From the NCBI GenBank assembly GCA_026770705.1, contig JANJGN010000026.1, forward strand, positions 33,356,001-33,420,000: a stretch of DNA of 64,000 nt, read 5' to 3'. The stretch comes from Isurus oxyrinchus. Taxonomy: Eukaryota. This document shows, one piece after another, positions 39,408 through 50,811 of this stretch (positions are counted from its first letter, which is position 1; each line of letters opens with the position of its first letter). The position numbers and the translations under genes were made by a program. The notes under the pieces are model-generated. The model made no database searches. It had not been told where the DNA came from and saw only the letters and a program-made list of their open reading frames with translations.

Positions 39408-40456
39408 ATTCTGTTTTCATCCGGTTAAGGGGGCCATTGATTGGATTTGGGGTTTATTGATTTACATATCAAAATATGAATGTCATTTTTTTCCCAGAAG
39501 TCTAAATGGGAGCTGATCAGAATCAATCTTTTTTTCGTTGGTGTTTATGCAATATGTAAATAATATTAAACGTTTATAACTCGCTGTTTAGGGATCAGGG
39601 AACCACCATTTACATTGAATGTCAAGATATTGGAGGTAATACACCAGAATGGTACCAGGAATGACGGCCCCCAATAATGGACGAAGGAAATTGGTAATAC
39701 TATTCCTATGTCAAAGAATTAAAGGAAGTACTTAATTGAAGTACTCAAAATTATGAGAGGTTTGATGAACCAGATCGTGTACTGTTGTTTCCACTGGGAG
39801 AAAATTCGATAATCCAAGTACCAAAGTTTAAGAGAAAAGAGACAGGGAAAGTTTATATTCACGTATCACACTACCATGTGTTCAAATCTGAATTGTACTG
39901 TCTAAAGGGATGGCAAAATATTCATTAGAAACTTAGAGAAGAAAAGTATATGTAAGTTAGAAGAAAATTATATGCAACTTCAAAGAAGAAACAAACTGCC
40001 GACCTTCGTGGAAAATGTGGGGTTGAAAGATGAATTGATAACTCTTCCCATGAGGCATAGACATGATAGGCCGAATTGCCTCAATTTCTTGCTCTAAGAT
40101 TCGATGATTCTAGTTCCTTCATGTCCCTCCCACTTTACTTGTTGTCAGTCACTTGAACAGTCAGCAGGAGAGGGATAGCCATTGACCTTGAAGGTTCAAC
40201 AGTCACTATTTCCGCTCCATCAGTTCCGAGTGCAGATGAGAGTCACCGCACACTTCACAATATTGAGTCTACGGTATCCCCTCCCACAGTTTCCGTTTGC
40301 TGCTCTCGCTCTGACTCGAGTTTGTTATTGGAGAAATTGCTGCCGCTGGTCCACTCCTGTCATTGGTTGGATCAGTAGTGCAGTGGGGTGGGGATTTGTA
40401 TTTCTGCTCCGACAAAAGCCTCCTCGCACTGCAGAGTTACAGACTCAGGAACTGTC

Positions 40457-41000
40457 ATGGGGAACCGTTTCGCTTTTTCCTCATCATTATGTCACTTCTC
40501 AGTAAATATTTCCTTCCCCATGAATAATTCGTTTCTTCTAATTACTGTAACACAGATGTTGTTCTTGACAAAGCAATAATGATGGTGATGGTGATGATTA
40601 TGTTGATCAATATGAGGCTGATACTGATTGTTGTTATTGCTATTGTCTTATGTTAGACTGGAGCCACCAAGACATAGTGGAACTGCCGGTTGCTGCAATA
40701 ACGTTTGACGAGAAAAGTAATAATACAGTAGCTTGCACATTGAAAACAAGCACTGCTAACCATTATGTGTACTGGTACAGTCAGCGCCCCGAGCAGCCTC
40801 CACAGTACATGCTTTATATTCTGGGAGGGAAACCATTCAGAAATAAGGACATCAGTGATCGGTTTTCAGCAATGTTTAATGAAACTGTAAAGATTACCGA
40901 ACTCATGATCAGTAACATCCTGATCTCTGACAGCGCGGTATATTTCTGTGCGATGGACCCCACACTGCTGCAGAGATATAGCGGATACCGTACAAAAACC
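40457..41000 (+). pseudogene. TCR alpha/delta V with open V exon (40657-40960) but out-of-phase leader (ORF or pseudogene)
   Basis: V reads DWSHQDIVELP...VACTL...VYWYSQRPEQPPQYML...SDSAVYFCAMDP. Leader 40457-40501 is 45 nt (phase 0) against a phase-1 acceptor. RSS CACACTG-24-ACAAAAACC. Confidence 0.85.
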
Positions 41001-41021
41001 CACACTGAGAGTTCCAGTTAG

Positions 41022-41040
41022 TGGTCAGCAGAGGGCGCTC
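41022..41040 (+). promoter_or_regulatory. CTCF-like motif just 3' of an RSS
   Basis: TGGTCAGCAGAGGGCGCTC. Confidence 0.7.
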
Positions 41041-41810
41041 TCAAACCGAAAAACAGAAGCAATAATCCCGCCTCCACAGTGAGAAAAGTTGCAAAAAAAC
41101 ACAGCCTTCTACAAGAATAAAAAATGACAATTTCAACAGTAATATTAATTTGCGATTTCAAATTACACATGTAATAACATTAACATTACGGGCCAATTTG
41201 TGGTGCCTTACGTCACTTCTTTCTCTTTGGATGCCTTTCCTGCCGATTTGATCCTTCTCCCGCCCTGTCTCCACGCGTTATCCATATTTTCAGACATCTC
41301 CTTCATCGGACTTTGGTTTAAAGGTTTCAAACCTTTGATACTTCGTTGAACATTAACTCAGAACTATGCTAACCCAGCCGTCCATAGGCTCTGTCCCAGT
41401 TTTAAACGGTTTAGCCAATGAAAACTCAATTTATTATTGAATTATTTACTAATGCTGACACACGTGTTCACCCTGCTCGCCTCCAATTTGGAATAAATCT
41501 GAAAGAACAGCAGTTATTATCGAGAGGCAGAGATATATCACTTTCGAAGGGGACATTATTATTGAATTCAGCTCCTTACAAATGGGTCCGATGTGTGACA
41601 ACATTTACTGCTCTAGCGCCGCCCACACATTCCGTTTGCTGCCGTCGCTCTGACCCGCCTTGCCTCCCCTGTTATTGAGCAGTTTGATGCCGCTGCTCTC
41701 TGTTTGGCATTGTTTGGATCAGCAGTTCAGCGGGACGGGGCTCACACAGCACAAACAAATTTTGAACAACACAGTTTAACCGCTTGATATTTCGTTCCTC
41801 TACCTTGAAG

Positions 41811-42132
41811 GCAGACTATGCGCACATCCAGTAACTGAGGCACCGGTTGCAATAACGGTGTCAGAAGGGGGTTCGTTGCAGTTAGACTGTGAATATAGAG
41901 AACGGAATATGTACTACATGCAATGGTATCGGCAGCACGACGGCCCAGCCCGCAAACTGGATTATTACCAATATCATAGCACTGAAGAAAGATGAAATTT
42001 CAGGACGATATCTGGCGGCTGCTGACCAGTCTCAAAAGAACGGTTACCTCAAAATCAGCCAATTGAGTGTGGAGGACGAGGCGGTTTATTACTGTGCAGT
42101 GAGGCACAGAGTTAGAATCCTGTAAAACAACC
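41811..42132 (+). pseudogene. TCR alpha/delta V pseudogene (family of 38644-39142); no leader found
   Basis: RLCAHPVTEAP...LDCEY...MQWYRQH, frameshift, ...QLSVEDEAVYYCAVR; CACAGAG-12-AAAACAACC. Confidence 0.9.
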
Positions 42133-42822
42133 TCAGCGGCTTTTGATCCCGGGTTCCAGAGGAGCAAAACAGACAGGTCTATTTACCGCTGTTTTATTGT
42201 TCTGTTTGTCCTTGCCCAAATCCACAGAGAAGCAGATTTGGGAAATATATAAACTTATCTTCATCCGCCTTTTATAGGGTAAATAGCTCCCAAATTACGC
42301 GGATATCGATTTGCCAACAGAGGCAAAGAAAGCTCTCAGAAGTGGAGTTCCTATAACTGATAATTCTGGGTTGCTCTTACAGAACCGCTAACTCAGGTGG
42401 ACCCAGGATGGATTGGTGGATGGGTGGATTGATTAGTTTTTATTGGGGAAAAATAATTCTATTATTTCGTTGGACGGGGGCGTGAATACTTCATCCACAT
42501 TGAACAAGTGCACTTTTTGAGACGATGGTCAATTAGATATCAAGCAATCTCTCAGATCAATTAGTCATCAAGGGTCTATATTTACTGGCCTCTCTGCTCA
42601 GCAGAATGCGCCGTTAAAGTCTTAGTTCTCGGAAATCAATAATTTTGTGGTTATGGAATTGACATCAGACCAATGAGATCCAGTGATCTCAGCTCTTCCT
42701 TTGGCAGGTTCTGCAGGGAGTGACATCAGATCAGAAGCAGCCAGTGTTCTCAGCTTTTTCTTGTTTCATATTCTGCGGGTTTCTGACGCACAAATTGTCC
42801 CCCGAACCCCGGAGCAGCTGCA

Positions 42823-43754
42823 ATGCGAATCTCCGTTCTCGCTGTGATCTGGGTGACATTCGTTGTCGGCAAGAAATTTAAAACATTTTTAAAGAAGGCT
42901 TCAGTTTCTGGAGGGATAAATATGAAGAAAAAGACTGGGGAATTCATGTTAATCAAGCGCTGGACCTACGTTAGAGTGCACTTAAGTTATTGTCTGCAGA
43001 CTTGGTATCTTCCTTATAAGAAGAATAAAGAAACATAAAACACAGTGTAAAAATTAATTACAATGCTGATGCCAGAATTGAGAGATAATAACTCTCGAAG
43101 AACACTGAAGAGACTGGGCGTATTTCCTCGAGTAATCAGAAGACTGATGGGTAACCGGATAGAGCTCTTTAACATGAGGAGAGGTTTCGATCGGGAAGAT
43201 ATGGGAAAGATGCATACAGTTGAGGAGAATTCCAAAACTTTGGCTCATAAATAAGAGTCACAGAAAGACCCAAAGGGGAATTCATGAGAAACTTCTTTCT
43301 CCTTTAGAATATGGAATTCACTGTCAGAAGGAGGAGATGAGCAAAATTTTCAGTGTCAGTTCTTTTTAGTCGAACTTTTAGTCGATGGTTTCCGTTTTCA
43401 TTAACCGTGTCTTCCAGATCTGATCCATGGAGATTCTGTTACTCACGCCGAATCCTCACAGGCAGTGGGAAAAGATGTCATTTTAACGTGCACCTATACT
43501 GACGATGTTTATTACTATTTCTGGTACCAGCAAGGCCCAGGCATACAGTCCGAGTTTGCAATCTGCAGGCACAAGAGCGGCAGTTGTGAACTGAAGGCAG
43601 ATTTCGCTCAGGACCGGTATTCTGATACAGTCCACCAGTTAGGCAAGTTGTATCGATTGACCATCTCGGAGCTGCAGCTGTCTGACACCACGGTCTATTA
43701 GTGTGCACAGAGTCTCACAGCGATGGAACCGAGCGGAACCCTCGTACAACAACT
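42823..43754 (+). pseudogene. TCR alpha/delta V pseudogene
   Basis: Leader MRISVLAVIWVTFVV (42823-42868, GC donor); V exon from 43418 DLIHGDSVTHAES...LTCTY...FWYQQ...LQLSDTTVY*CAQS with TAG inside YYC; RSS CACAGCG-23-ACAACAACT. Confidence 0.92.
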
Positions 43755-44558
43755 GCTGCAGTTTTCTGGGTCGCAGTTGCTATCTGCTGAGGGCTGTTTA
43801 TAACAACGGGTCAGACACTGGCACGTGAATCCATTCTGTGCCCGCAGACCCCGAGCACAATCCACATAAACACCATCTAAAATCACTCACATCGAATACT
43901 GATTCAGTCTGATTAGTGTATTCATTGTGTGAGGTCAAAATTGGCTTTTGTTTGATTGGGCTCTCTGGAAACGCGCAACTCCCATTGAGAATACAAACCC
44001 CTGTAGGCCGCCTGTAATCAGGTTTTTCCCTGTACCGCTGTTATGGAAAGAACCCAGGGAAAAAGAACAAATAATGTTTGTTTTGAAATATCAGTCTATA
44101 GTGGGTCTTCGGTCACGTGTTGGTCAGACAAGACAAGGATGCCAAATTTCCTTCCCAAAAGGCATTGATGAACTAGGTATTCGGTGTCAATCGATGTCAT
44201 CACTTCATTATCACCATTACCGAGATTAGTTTTATACTCTAGATTTACTAATTGAATTTAAGTTCCATCAGCTGTCGTGGTGTGATTTGAACCCGTGTTC
44301 CCCAAAGTGTTGGCCTGGATCCTGGATTACTAGTCCCGTGATATTGCCAACACTCCAACATCTCCTCACATTTAGCAGCAATTCCTGTCAGTAACATCAA
44401 AAACAATACAGACAACGACTACTCAGGTCCAAATTCGATTCCTGTGAGAGATTGTCTGACATTGGCCCTTTAATATGAAAACCAAGAAGCCCTAGATCCT
44501 ATCAATGACCACATTCTACTTATCAATGGCCCCATTCTAAACAGGTCCGAACACACTT

Positions 44559-44576
44559 CGCCAGTAGAGGGCGTTC
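44559..44576 (+). promoter_or_regulatory. CTCF-like motif upstream of V leader (paralog of the 39390 site)
   Basis: CGCCAGTAGAGGGCGTTC. Confidence 0.6.
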
Positions 44577-44767
44577 AGGGCATCACCAAGTCTCGTGAAA
44601 CGAACACCAAAGCCAATAGGGATGGTTTCTTGAGTGATGTTGCAATGGCCCCAGCCCTCTGCAGTGTGCACGTGGAAAAATGAACTGAACAGAGCCCGGG
44701 TTCCTTCTCCACTTCTCAATCTCTGGATCGTTGAATTCACATTCACTGAGAAAGATTCAGTCAGACA

Positions 44768-45343
44768 TATTTCTGATAATACTGACAGCTGTCTTGGACT
44801 GTCAATGCTGGATTATGTTCATCATTAAAATAAACAAATTAACACATTGATCCAATTGCAGCTTGTACAGGTATTCAATGTTGTTAGCGATCCTGTATAT
44901 GCATATTATGGACAGTTAGGTAGGTGGGAATTTACATAAACGCATACAGCTAAACACAGGTTTAGATCGATCCGGTTTAACCTCCTGGATTTTGTTCCTC
45001 TAACTTCACAGGTGGACTATGTGCAGATGCAGTAACACAGTCTCTGGTGACACTGGCCGTGTCAGAAGGGGATTTAGTGAAGTGAGACTGCGGATATAAA
45101 ACCCTGTATTTATACATCATGTAACAGTATTGGCAGAAACCGGCACAGCCTCCAAGCTGGATCATTAGCAAAGCAGCAGCACTGAAGGGATTGAAAATCT
45201 GAGAACGATATCTGGCTGCTGCTGACCAGGCTGCACAGCCCGATTACCTCAATGTAAGCAGCCTGGGTGTGGAGGACCGGGCGGTCAACTCATGTGCAGC
45301 GAGACACAATGTCAGATAAAATCGAAGAACCCGGACAGTAAGC
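44768..45343 (+). pseudogene. TCR alpha/delta V pseudogene (family of 38644-39142)
   Basis: Leader with ATG>ATA; V exon from 45012 GLCADAVTQSLVTLAVSEGDLVK*DCGY with several stops; RSS CACAATG-23-ACAGTAAGC. Confidence 0.88.
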
Positions 45344-46125
45344 TCAGCGAGTGTTCACAGCTCCATTAATTTCTCTTTGGCTCTTTCATCTGCGGGAAAC
45401 AAAGCCGACTGAGAACAAAGATTAGCAGGTTTGTTTATCAAACAATTGCATTGCTGTTTTTGTCCTTCTCCACATCAACAGGGAACAGGTCTGGGAAATC
45501 TTGAGCCTTATCTTCATGTCCGGAGCTCTATCTACTCAGTAAATGTCTCGAAGTTCCCCCGGAATATTGATGTGTGAACAGAGGTAGAGAAGGTTCTCAG
45601 ATATTCAGTAACTAAAGCCTAACATTATGAAATGTTCTTCCAGGCCGTTAACTCAGGCAGACCGGAGGACATTCTTCGCCATTCATTCCTGTAATAAAAT
45701 ATAGAATTTATCCAAGTCTGGGACTAGATGTAACATATGAAATATACAACGGCGATTTTTACCTAGACTCAGCATATAACACGACAATTGTTACAATAAA
45801 GGGACGCGGAGAGCATCTGATTTCGATTTTGACAGGGAATAACTGAACGTAGAAAGTTTTTTTAGGTATTTTTGCTCTGATATTAAAGAGTGATCACATG
45901 TCAGGGGCAGAATCACTTATTGGGATACCGAGGGAGAGTGTTAATAAACATGCAGCTCTCTGATAATGGCACAGGCGACAAACGGTCGTAAGAACAAACA
46001 TCACAGGCCTCGCGTTTGCCAGTCGCTGGCACTTCAAAACATTAAAATGTGAATCAAGCACCGATCCAGATGGTTTTCCAGGAAAAATATCCTGCTGGTA
46101 TTTCAGAACCAATATCTGAAATATA

Positions 46126-46545
46126 ATGCACCCTGCTGGGGCTTTCACCCTTATATTTCCATGGAGCTGTTCTGACTTAAGAAAAATAAGTTGGATGATA
46201 ACGATTGTTTTGCATGATTAGTTTGCATTTACAGCGGCCTGTGGTGCAGATAGTATATCCCTAAGCGAGCAGGGGACGGCGCAGGTGGGGAAAGAGGCTC
46301 AAATCCGAATACCAGGAATGATTGGATTCCGTGGTGCCGGAAATTATCATTCCCCACAGCAGAATTCATAATCTCTCTCTATCAGGGCAGAGCAACCAAG
46401 GAAACCGAACGGTTTGGAACGTGTCTTGACAGGAAAATGATTTTAACACTCTTTGTAGGTAAGAAACGGCAGTTTCAGACACCTGGGTGTATGACTGCAG
46501 GAAGAGGCACATGTGGAAAATGGTTACCGATCCTGTAGAACGACT
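46126..46545 (+). pseudogene. Highly decayed V pseudogene
   Basis: Acceptor at 46234; ACGADSISLSEQGTAQVGKEAQI..WIPWCRK...EFIISLYQG...ERFGT...SDTWVYDC across frames; degenerate CACATGT-22-AGAACGACT. Confidence 0.6.
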
Positions 46546-46775
46546 CTCATTCTTCTCAATCATCGGGTTAATTACTTTCATCCTCACCACCTCGAGTAAC
46601 CCTTTGTCAGTACAACAAAGAAAAATTATTGTATTGCCTTATAGTGTCATCTGACAAAGATCTGAAAGGTTAATGGCGTTGATGCTGTGGGCGGACACAT
46701 TTGTTAGAACCCGAAAGGACCTGGGATTGATGCGTCCGTGATTTCACCCGGAAACATCAAATATGATGGGCTAAT

Positions 46776-46911
46776 NNNNNNNNNNNNNNNNNNNNNNNNN
46801 NNNNNNNNNNNNNNNNNNNNNNNNNNNNNNNNNNNNNNNNNNNNNNNNNNNNNNNNNNNNNNNNNNNNNNNNNNNNNNNNNNNNNNNNNNNNNNNNNNNN
46901 NNNNNNNNNNN
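46776..46911. other. Assembly gap (N run)
   Basis: 136 N. Confidence 1.
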
Positions 46912-48109
46912 GGGTTGGATTGGTAAAGATGTGTGAGAAAACCAGGGATGCATTAGAGATTGATATAATATTTCTGCTGTTTAATTGTATACCTCTGGAA
47001 ATTAGCAACAGCTCCCTTGTTATGTAATGGCCTCGTGAGCCTGGTAACTGTTGAAAATAACGTGTTAATCAATACATCTGGGATCAGCTGCTCCTATTGA
47101 ATAATTCACCAGTTATCTCCTATGTTAAGTTTAAATACCTGAAGTGTATGTGAGGAATTTAATTTCTTATTGTCCAACGGTTAAGTTTGTATTATTGCAG
47201 TGAATGAAGTCAGTTAAAAGCAATCTATTGCTGTGAGCTTGTTGATGTTTTGTGCGAAATCACTAGATTCAACGTTTCAAATCAAGAATGAAACGGAGCT
47301 TAATTTCCACAGGATAAAGTAAGCAGTCTCTGTTTGTCTTTCATTCCTTGATCAATCTCCTCTAACAATACACTGAATGGCTTCAGAATGGTATCTACAA
47401 AATGCACTGCTGGAACTCACCAAGTCTCTTTCGACAGCACATTCCAAACCTGCGGCCATGGAATCTAGAAGGACAAGGGCAGCAGATAGATGGGAACACC
47501 ATCACCTGGAAGTTCCCCTCCAAATCACTCACCATCCTGACTTGGAAATATATCGCCGTTCCTTCATTGTTGCTGCGTCAAAATCCTGGATCTCCCTCCC
47601 TAACAGCACTGTGGGTATACACTGCTGCAGTGAAAACTTCAAATTGATGAATGAGTCTCTAGTAGCGATATGAGGGAAATTGCGCTCTCGCAGTTTCTGA
47701 AACTTAACGAAAAAATATCAGCAGCATCTTTTGTGGCCACCTAATGTGGCTATTTGAATGTATATGTATGTTTGCTCTTGTATGTTTATCTGTATACCCG
47801 TGAGGTGTTCCGATGTTCTCCAGTGGAGGGCGCTCGCTGCTGACTTGACCAACTGCAGGATGAGTTTTTTCATTCATTTATGGGGTGTGGGAGCCGCTAG
47901 CTGGATGAGCATTTATCGCCCTTCCCTTATTGCTCTTGAGAAGGTGGTGGTGAGCTGCCTTCTTGAACCACGGCTGAACTTGTGGTGTAGACAAACCGAC
48001 AGTGCTGATAGTGGGGGAGTTCCTGGAACTTCACCCAGCGACAGTGCAGGAACGGCTGACATATTTCCAAGTTAGTTTGGTGTGTGGCTTGGAGGGGAAC
48101 TTCCAGGAG

Positions 48110-48583
48110 GTGTTGTATGTTTGTGTGGTTATGAAAGTGTCCAGCAGAGGACAGGTTGCTAAATGTCTGCATGTGTGCTTGTGTGTGTGATTATGTTAGT
48201 GTCCAGCAGAGGGTAAATTGCCAAAGATGTGCCTAAGGGTGATTATGACGGTGTCCAGCAGAGTGTAGATTGCTAAAATTGTGCATCCCTTTGTGCGTGT
48301 GTGTGTATGTGTGTGTGTGCGTGTGTGTGTGTGTATGTGTATGTGTGATTATGGCAGTCGCAGCAGAGAGTAGATTGCTAAAGGTGTGTGAGGGTGTGTG
48401 TGTGTATGATCATGACAGTGCACAGCAGAGGGAAGGGACTGAAGGGGTGTGTGTGTCTGCATGTGAGTGTGTGTGTGAGAGAGTGCGTGTGATTGAGTGC
48501 ATGTGTGTGTGTTTGCGTGTGTGTGCATGTGTATGTGATTGTGACAGTGTCCAGCAGAGTGTAGGTTGCTAAAGGTGTGTGTG

Positions 48584-48654
<71 letters not shown>

Positions 48655-48700
48655 GTGTGTGTGTGTGACTGTGTGATTCCGAAAGTGTCCAGCACAGCAG
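48110..48700. repeat. Compound (GT)n / GTGTCCAGCAGAG minisatellite
   Basis: Repeated AGTGTCCAGCAGAG..GTA.GTTGCTAAA units separated by (GT)n. Confidence 0.9.
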
Positions 48701-49974
48701 CAAACGGCGATGTCGAATTGAAGGGCCGCATATTAAAACAGCAGACGCCATGACTGGGACATGTGGAAGCATTTACCCCGTCACCGAGCTACAATACTCA
48801 GTGAACATCTTAGAGCTTCCAAGCGCTATTGGACATGGCAAAAGAGATTTGGCAGAGGTTGGCGAGTAACCACAGTGCAGTGATACCCAGGACAATTGAC
48901 AATCTCTTCATTCTGAAAGGTGTTCAGAACCTGATTATTCGCCATTTTTTCCCGAAAGACAAAAGTAGAATATTTCAAAAGTCAGGGAGTAACCCTGGAA
49001 AACACGCTGGCTCTTTGAAACTGGGTTCACTGCGCAATTTGAGGTCTCTAAATAATCTGTAAATAAAAACCTAATGATGACCATGGAACCATTGCCGATT
49101 GTCACTAATAAGCCCATTTGGTTCACTAATGTCCCTAGGGGACGTAAATCCGCTGCCCTTACCTGGACTGGCCTACATCCGACTCGTGGGCCACATCAAT
49201 GTGGTTGACTCTTAAATGCCCTTGAACCAGGGCAATTGGAGCTAGGCACTAAATGCTGGCCTAATCAGCGATGCCAACATCCCAGGAACAAATAAAAGCA
49301 AATGTTTAGAAGGTCTATTTTCTTCCAGACTCTAAGTACGAAGGATTTCCATGTGCAGTGTCCAATAAACAGTAGGCGTTAGAATCGATAAAATATAATC
49401 CCCACAGGATAGAGAGAAGTTAAACACAGCAGGGGTTCCGTTCAAATCGCACACGAAAAGCTGAGAACCACAAATGCTGCGAATCTGAAATAAAAGAGCA
49501 GAAAATTCTGGAAAAGTAAAGGTTAGCCGGATAGGCTGCCTCCCAGTGGAGAGAGGATCAGAGCTAACGTTTCTGATTGGTGAAATTTTATCCGAACTAC
49601 AAGATCTGGAAGTGCAGTAACTTTAGTTCAATATTTTGGTGTGACAAGGGATGTTTCATAGTACGGGATCCGGTTAATCTTTGTAGTGCGTGGCTCATAG
49701 CGCGAGGACACACCGGCGGGCCGGAGGGTAGTTCCCAGCGATATTTAAAGCAATCCTTCTGATTTCCTTTGCAAAACAACAGATACTTGTCCGGAGTCAC
49801 AAGAACCAGGCAAGTGTTTGATCCGCAACACTAACTATAAATTAGGAACCATCCTTTCTGTGAGCAGAGTGCTTGCAGTCCAGCTCGGGGCGTTTCCATT
49901 CACTAGCAGTCAGCTCCACACCCAGCACCACTGGCGGCTCAAAGGAGTGAGGCGGGACTATCCTGAGTCACGAG

Positions 49975-50310
49975 AGCAGATTATTGAGGATGGGCTTTAG
50001 AACAGGTTTTCTCAAATATCCGACTGCCCTTTTACAGAGCGACAATGCAGGGGTTAGAACGGGTGTCCTCACCTGAGGCACGTCATCAGGTTATTGAGGG
50101 CGGGGTTTAGAATTGGTGTTTTCACCTGAGGCACGTCATCAGATCATTGAGGGCGGGTTTCAGAATGGGTTCCTGCACGTGAGACACATCATCAGATTAT
50201 TGAGGGTGGGGTTTTGAATGGGTATTTTCACGTGCGATTCGTCATTAGATTGTTGAAGGCAGGGTTTCGAATGGGTGCCTTCAAATAGCCGACTGCCCTT
50301 TTACAGACCG
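49975..50310 (+). repeat. ~50-bp minisatellite immediately upstream of a V leader
   Basis: ATTATTGAGGGCGGGGTTTAGAATGGGTG...CACCTGAGGCACGTCATCAG, about 5-6 units. Confidence 0.85.
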
Positions 50311-50320
50311 GACAGTGACA

Positions 50321-50811
50321 ATGCATCTACTCGGCACTTTGGTTCTTTGGGGATTATTGATCACAGGCAATTGTGGACTTAACATCAAGTCAACTTTGCT
50401 CCCGTTTCCTCCTCATGGTTCAAGTCATGTTTTAATCAGCCACCGTTCATATATTGCCTGATTTTGTTTTGTTTTCAGATCTCTGCGATGGAGATTCAGT
50501 CACTCAGCCGCTGCCCCCGCGTGTTAAGGCAGAAGGAGAACCGGTGACACTGACCTGTAGCTACAATCATACAGCAAGCAGGTATAGTCTATTCTGGTAC
50601 CAACAACACCCAGACACACATCCCTAGTATACGCTCAGAAAGGATAGTGATGGTGATGAATTTAAAGCAGATTTTGCTGAAACTCTCTTCTTTTCTGACC
50701 TTCAAATCTCCAACAAAATCATCTACTTATCCATCAGCGGGTCTGCAGTGTATTACTGCGCTTTCTGGCACTCATAGTGACAGAATGCAGCCTCACCCCT
50801 GTACAAGAACT
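50321..50811 (+). pseudogene. TCR alpha/delta V pseudogene
   Basis: Leader MHLLGTLVLWGLLIT (50321-50366, GC donor); V exon from 50479 DLCDGDSVTQP...VTLTCSY...LFWYQQHPDTHP*...SISGSAVYYCAFWH (stop plus FR3 deletion); RSS CATAGTG-23-ACAAGAACT. Confidence 0.92.

Noticed and set aside
42869-50372. Conserved GC-AG leader introns (also ~24120)
   Set aside because: All occur in pseudogenes, and the paralog at ~52834 has AT, so independent decay from GT is the simpler explanation.
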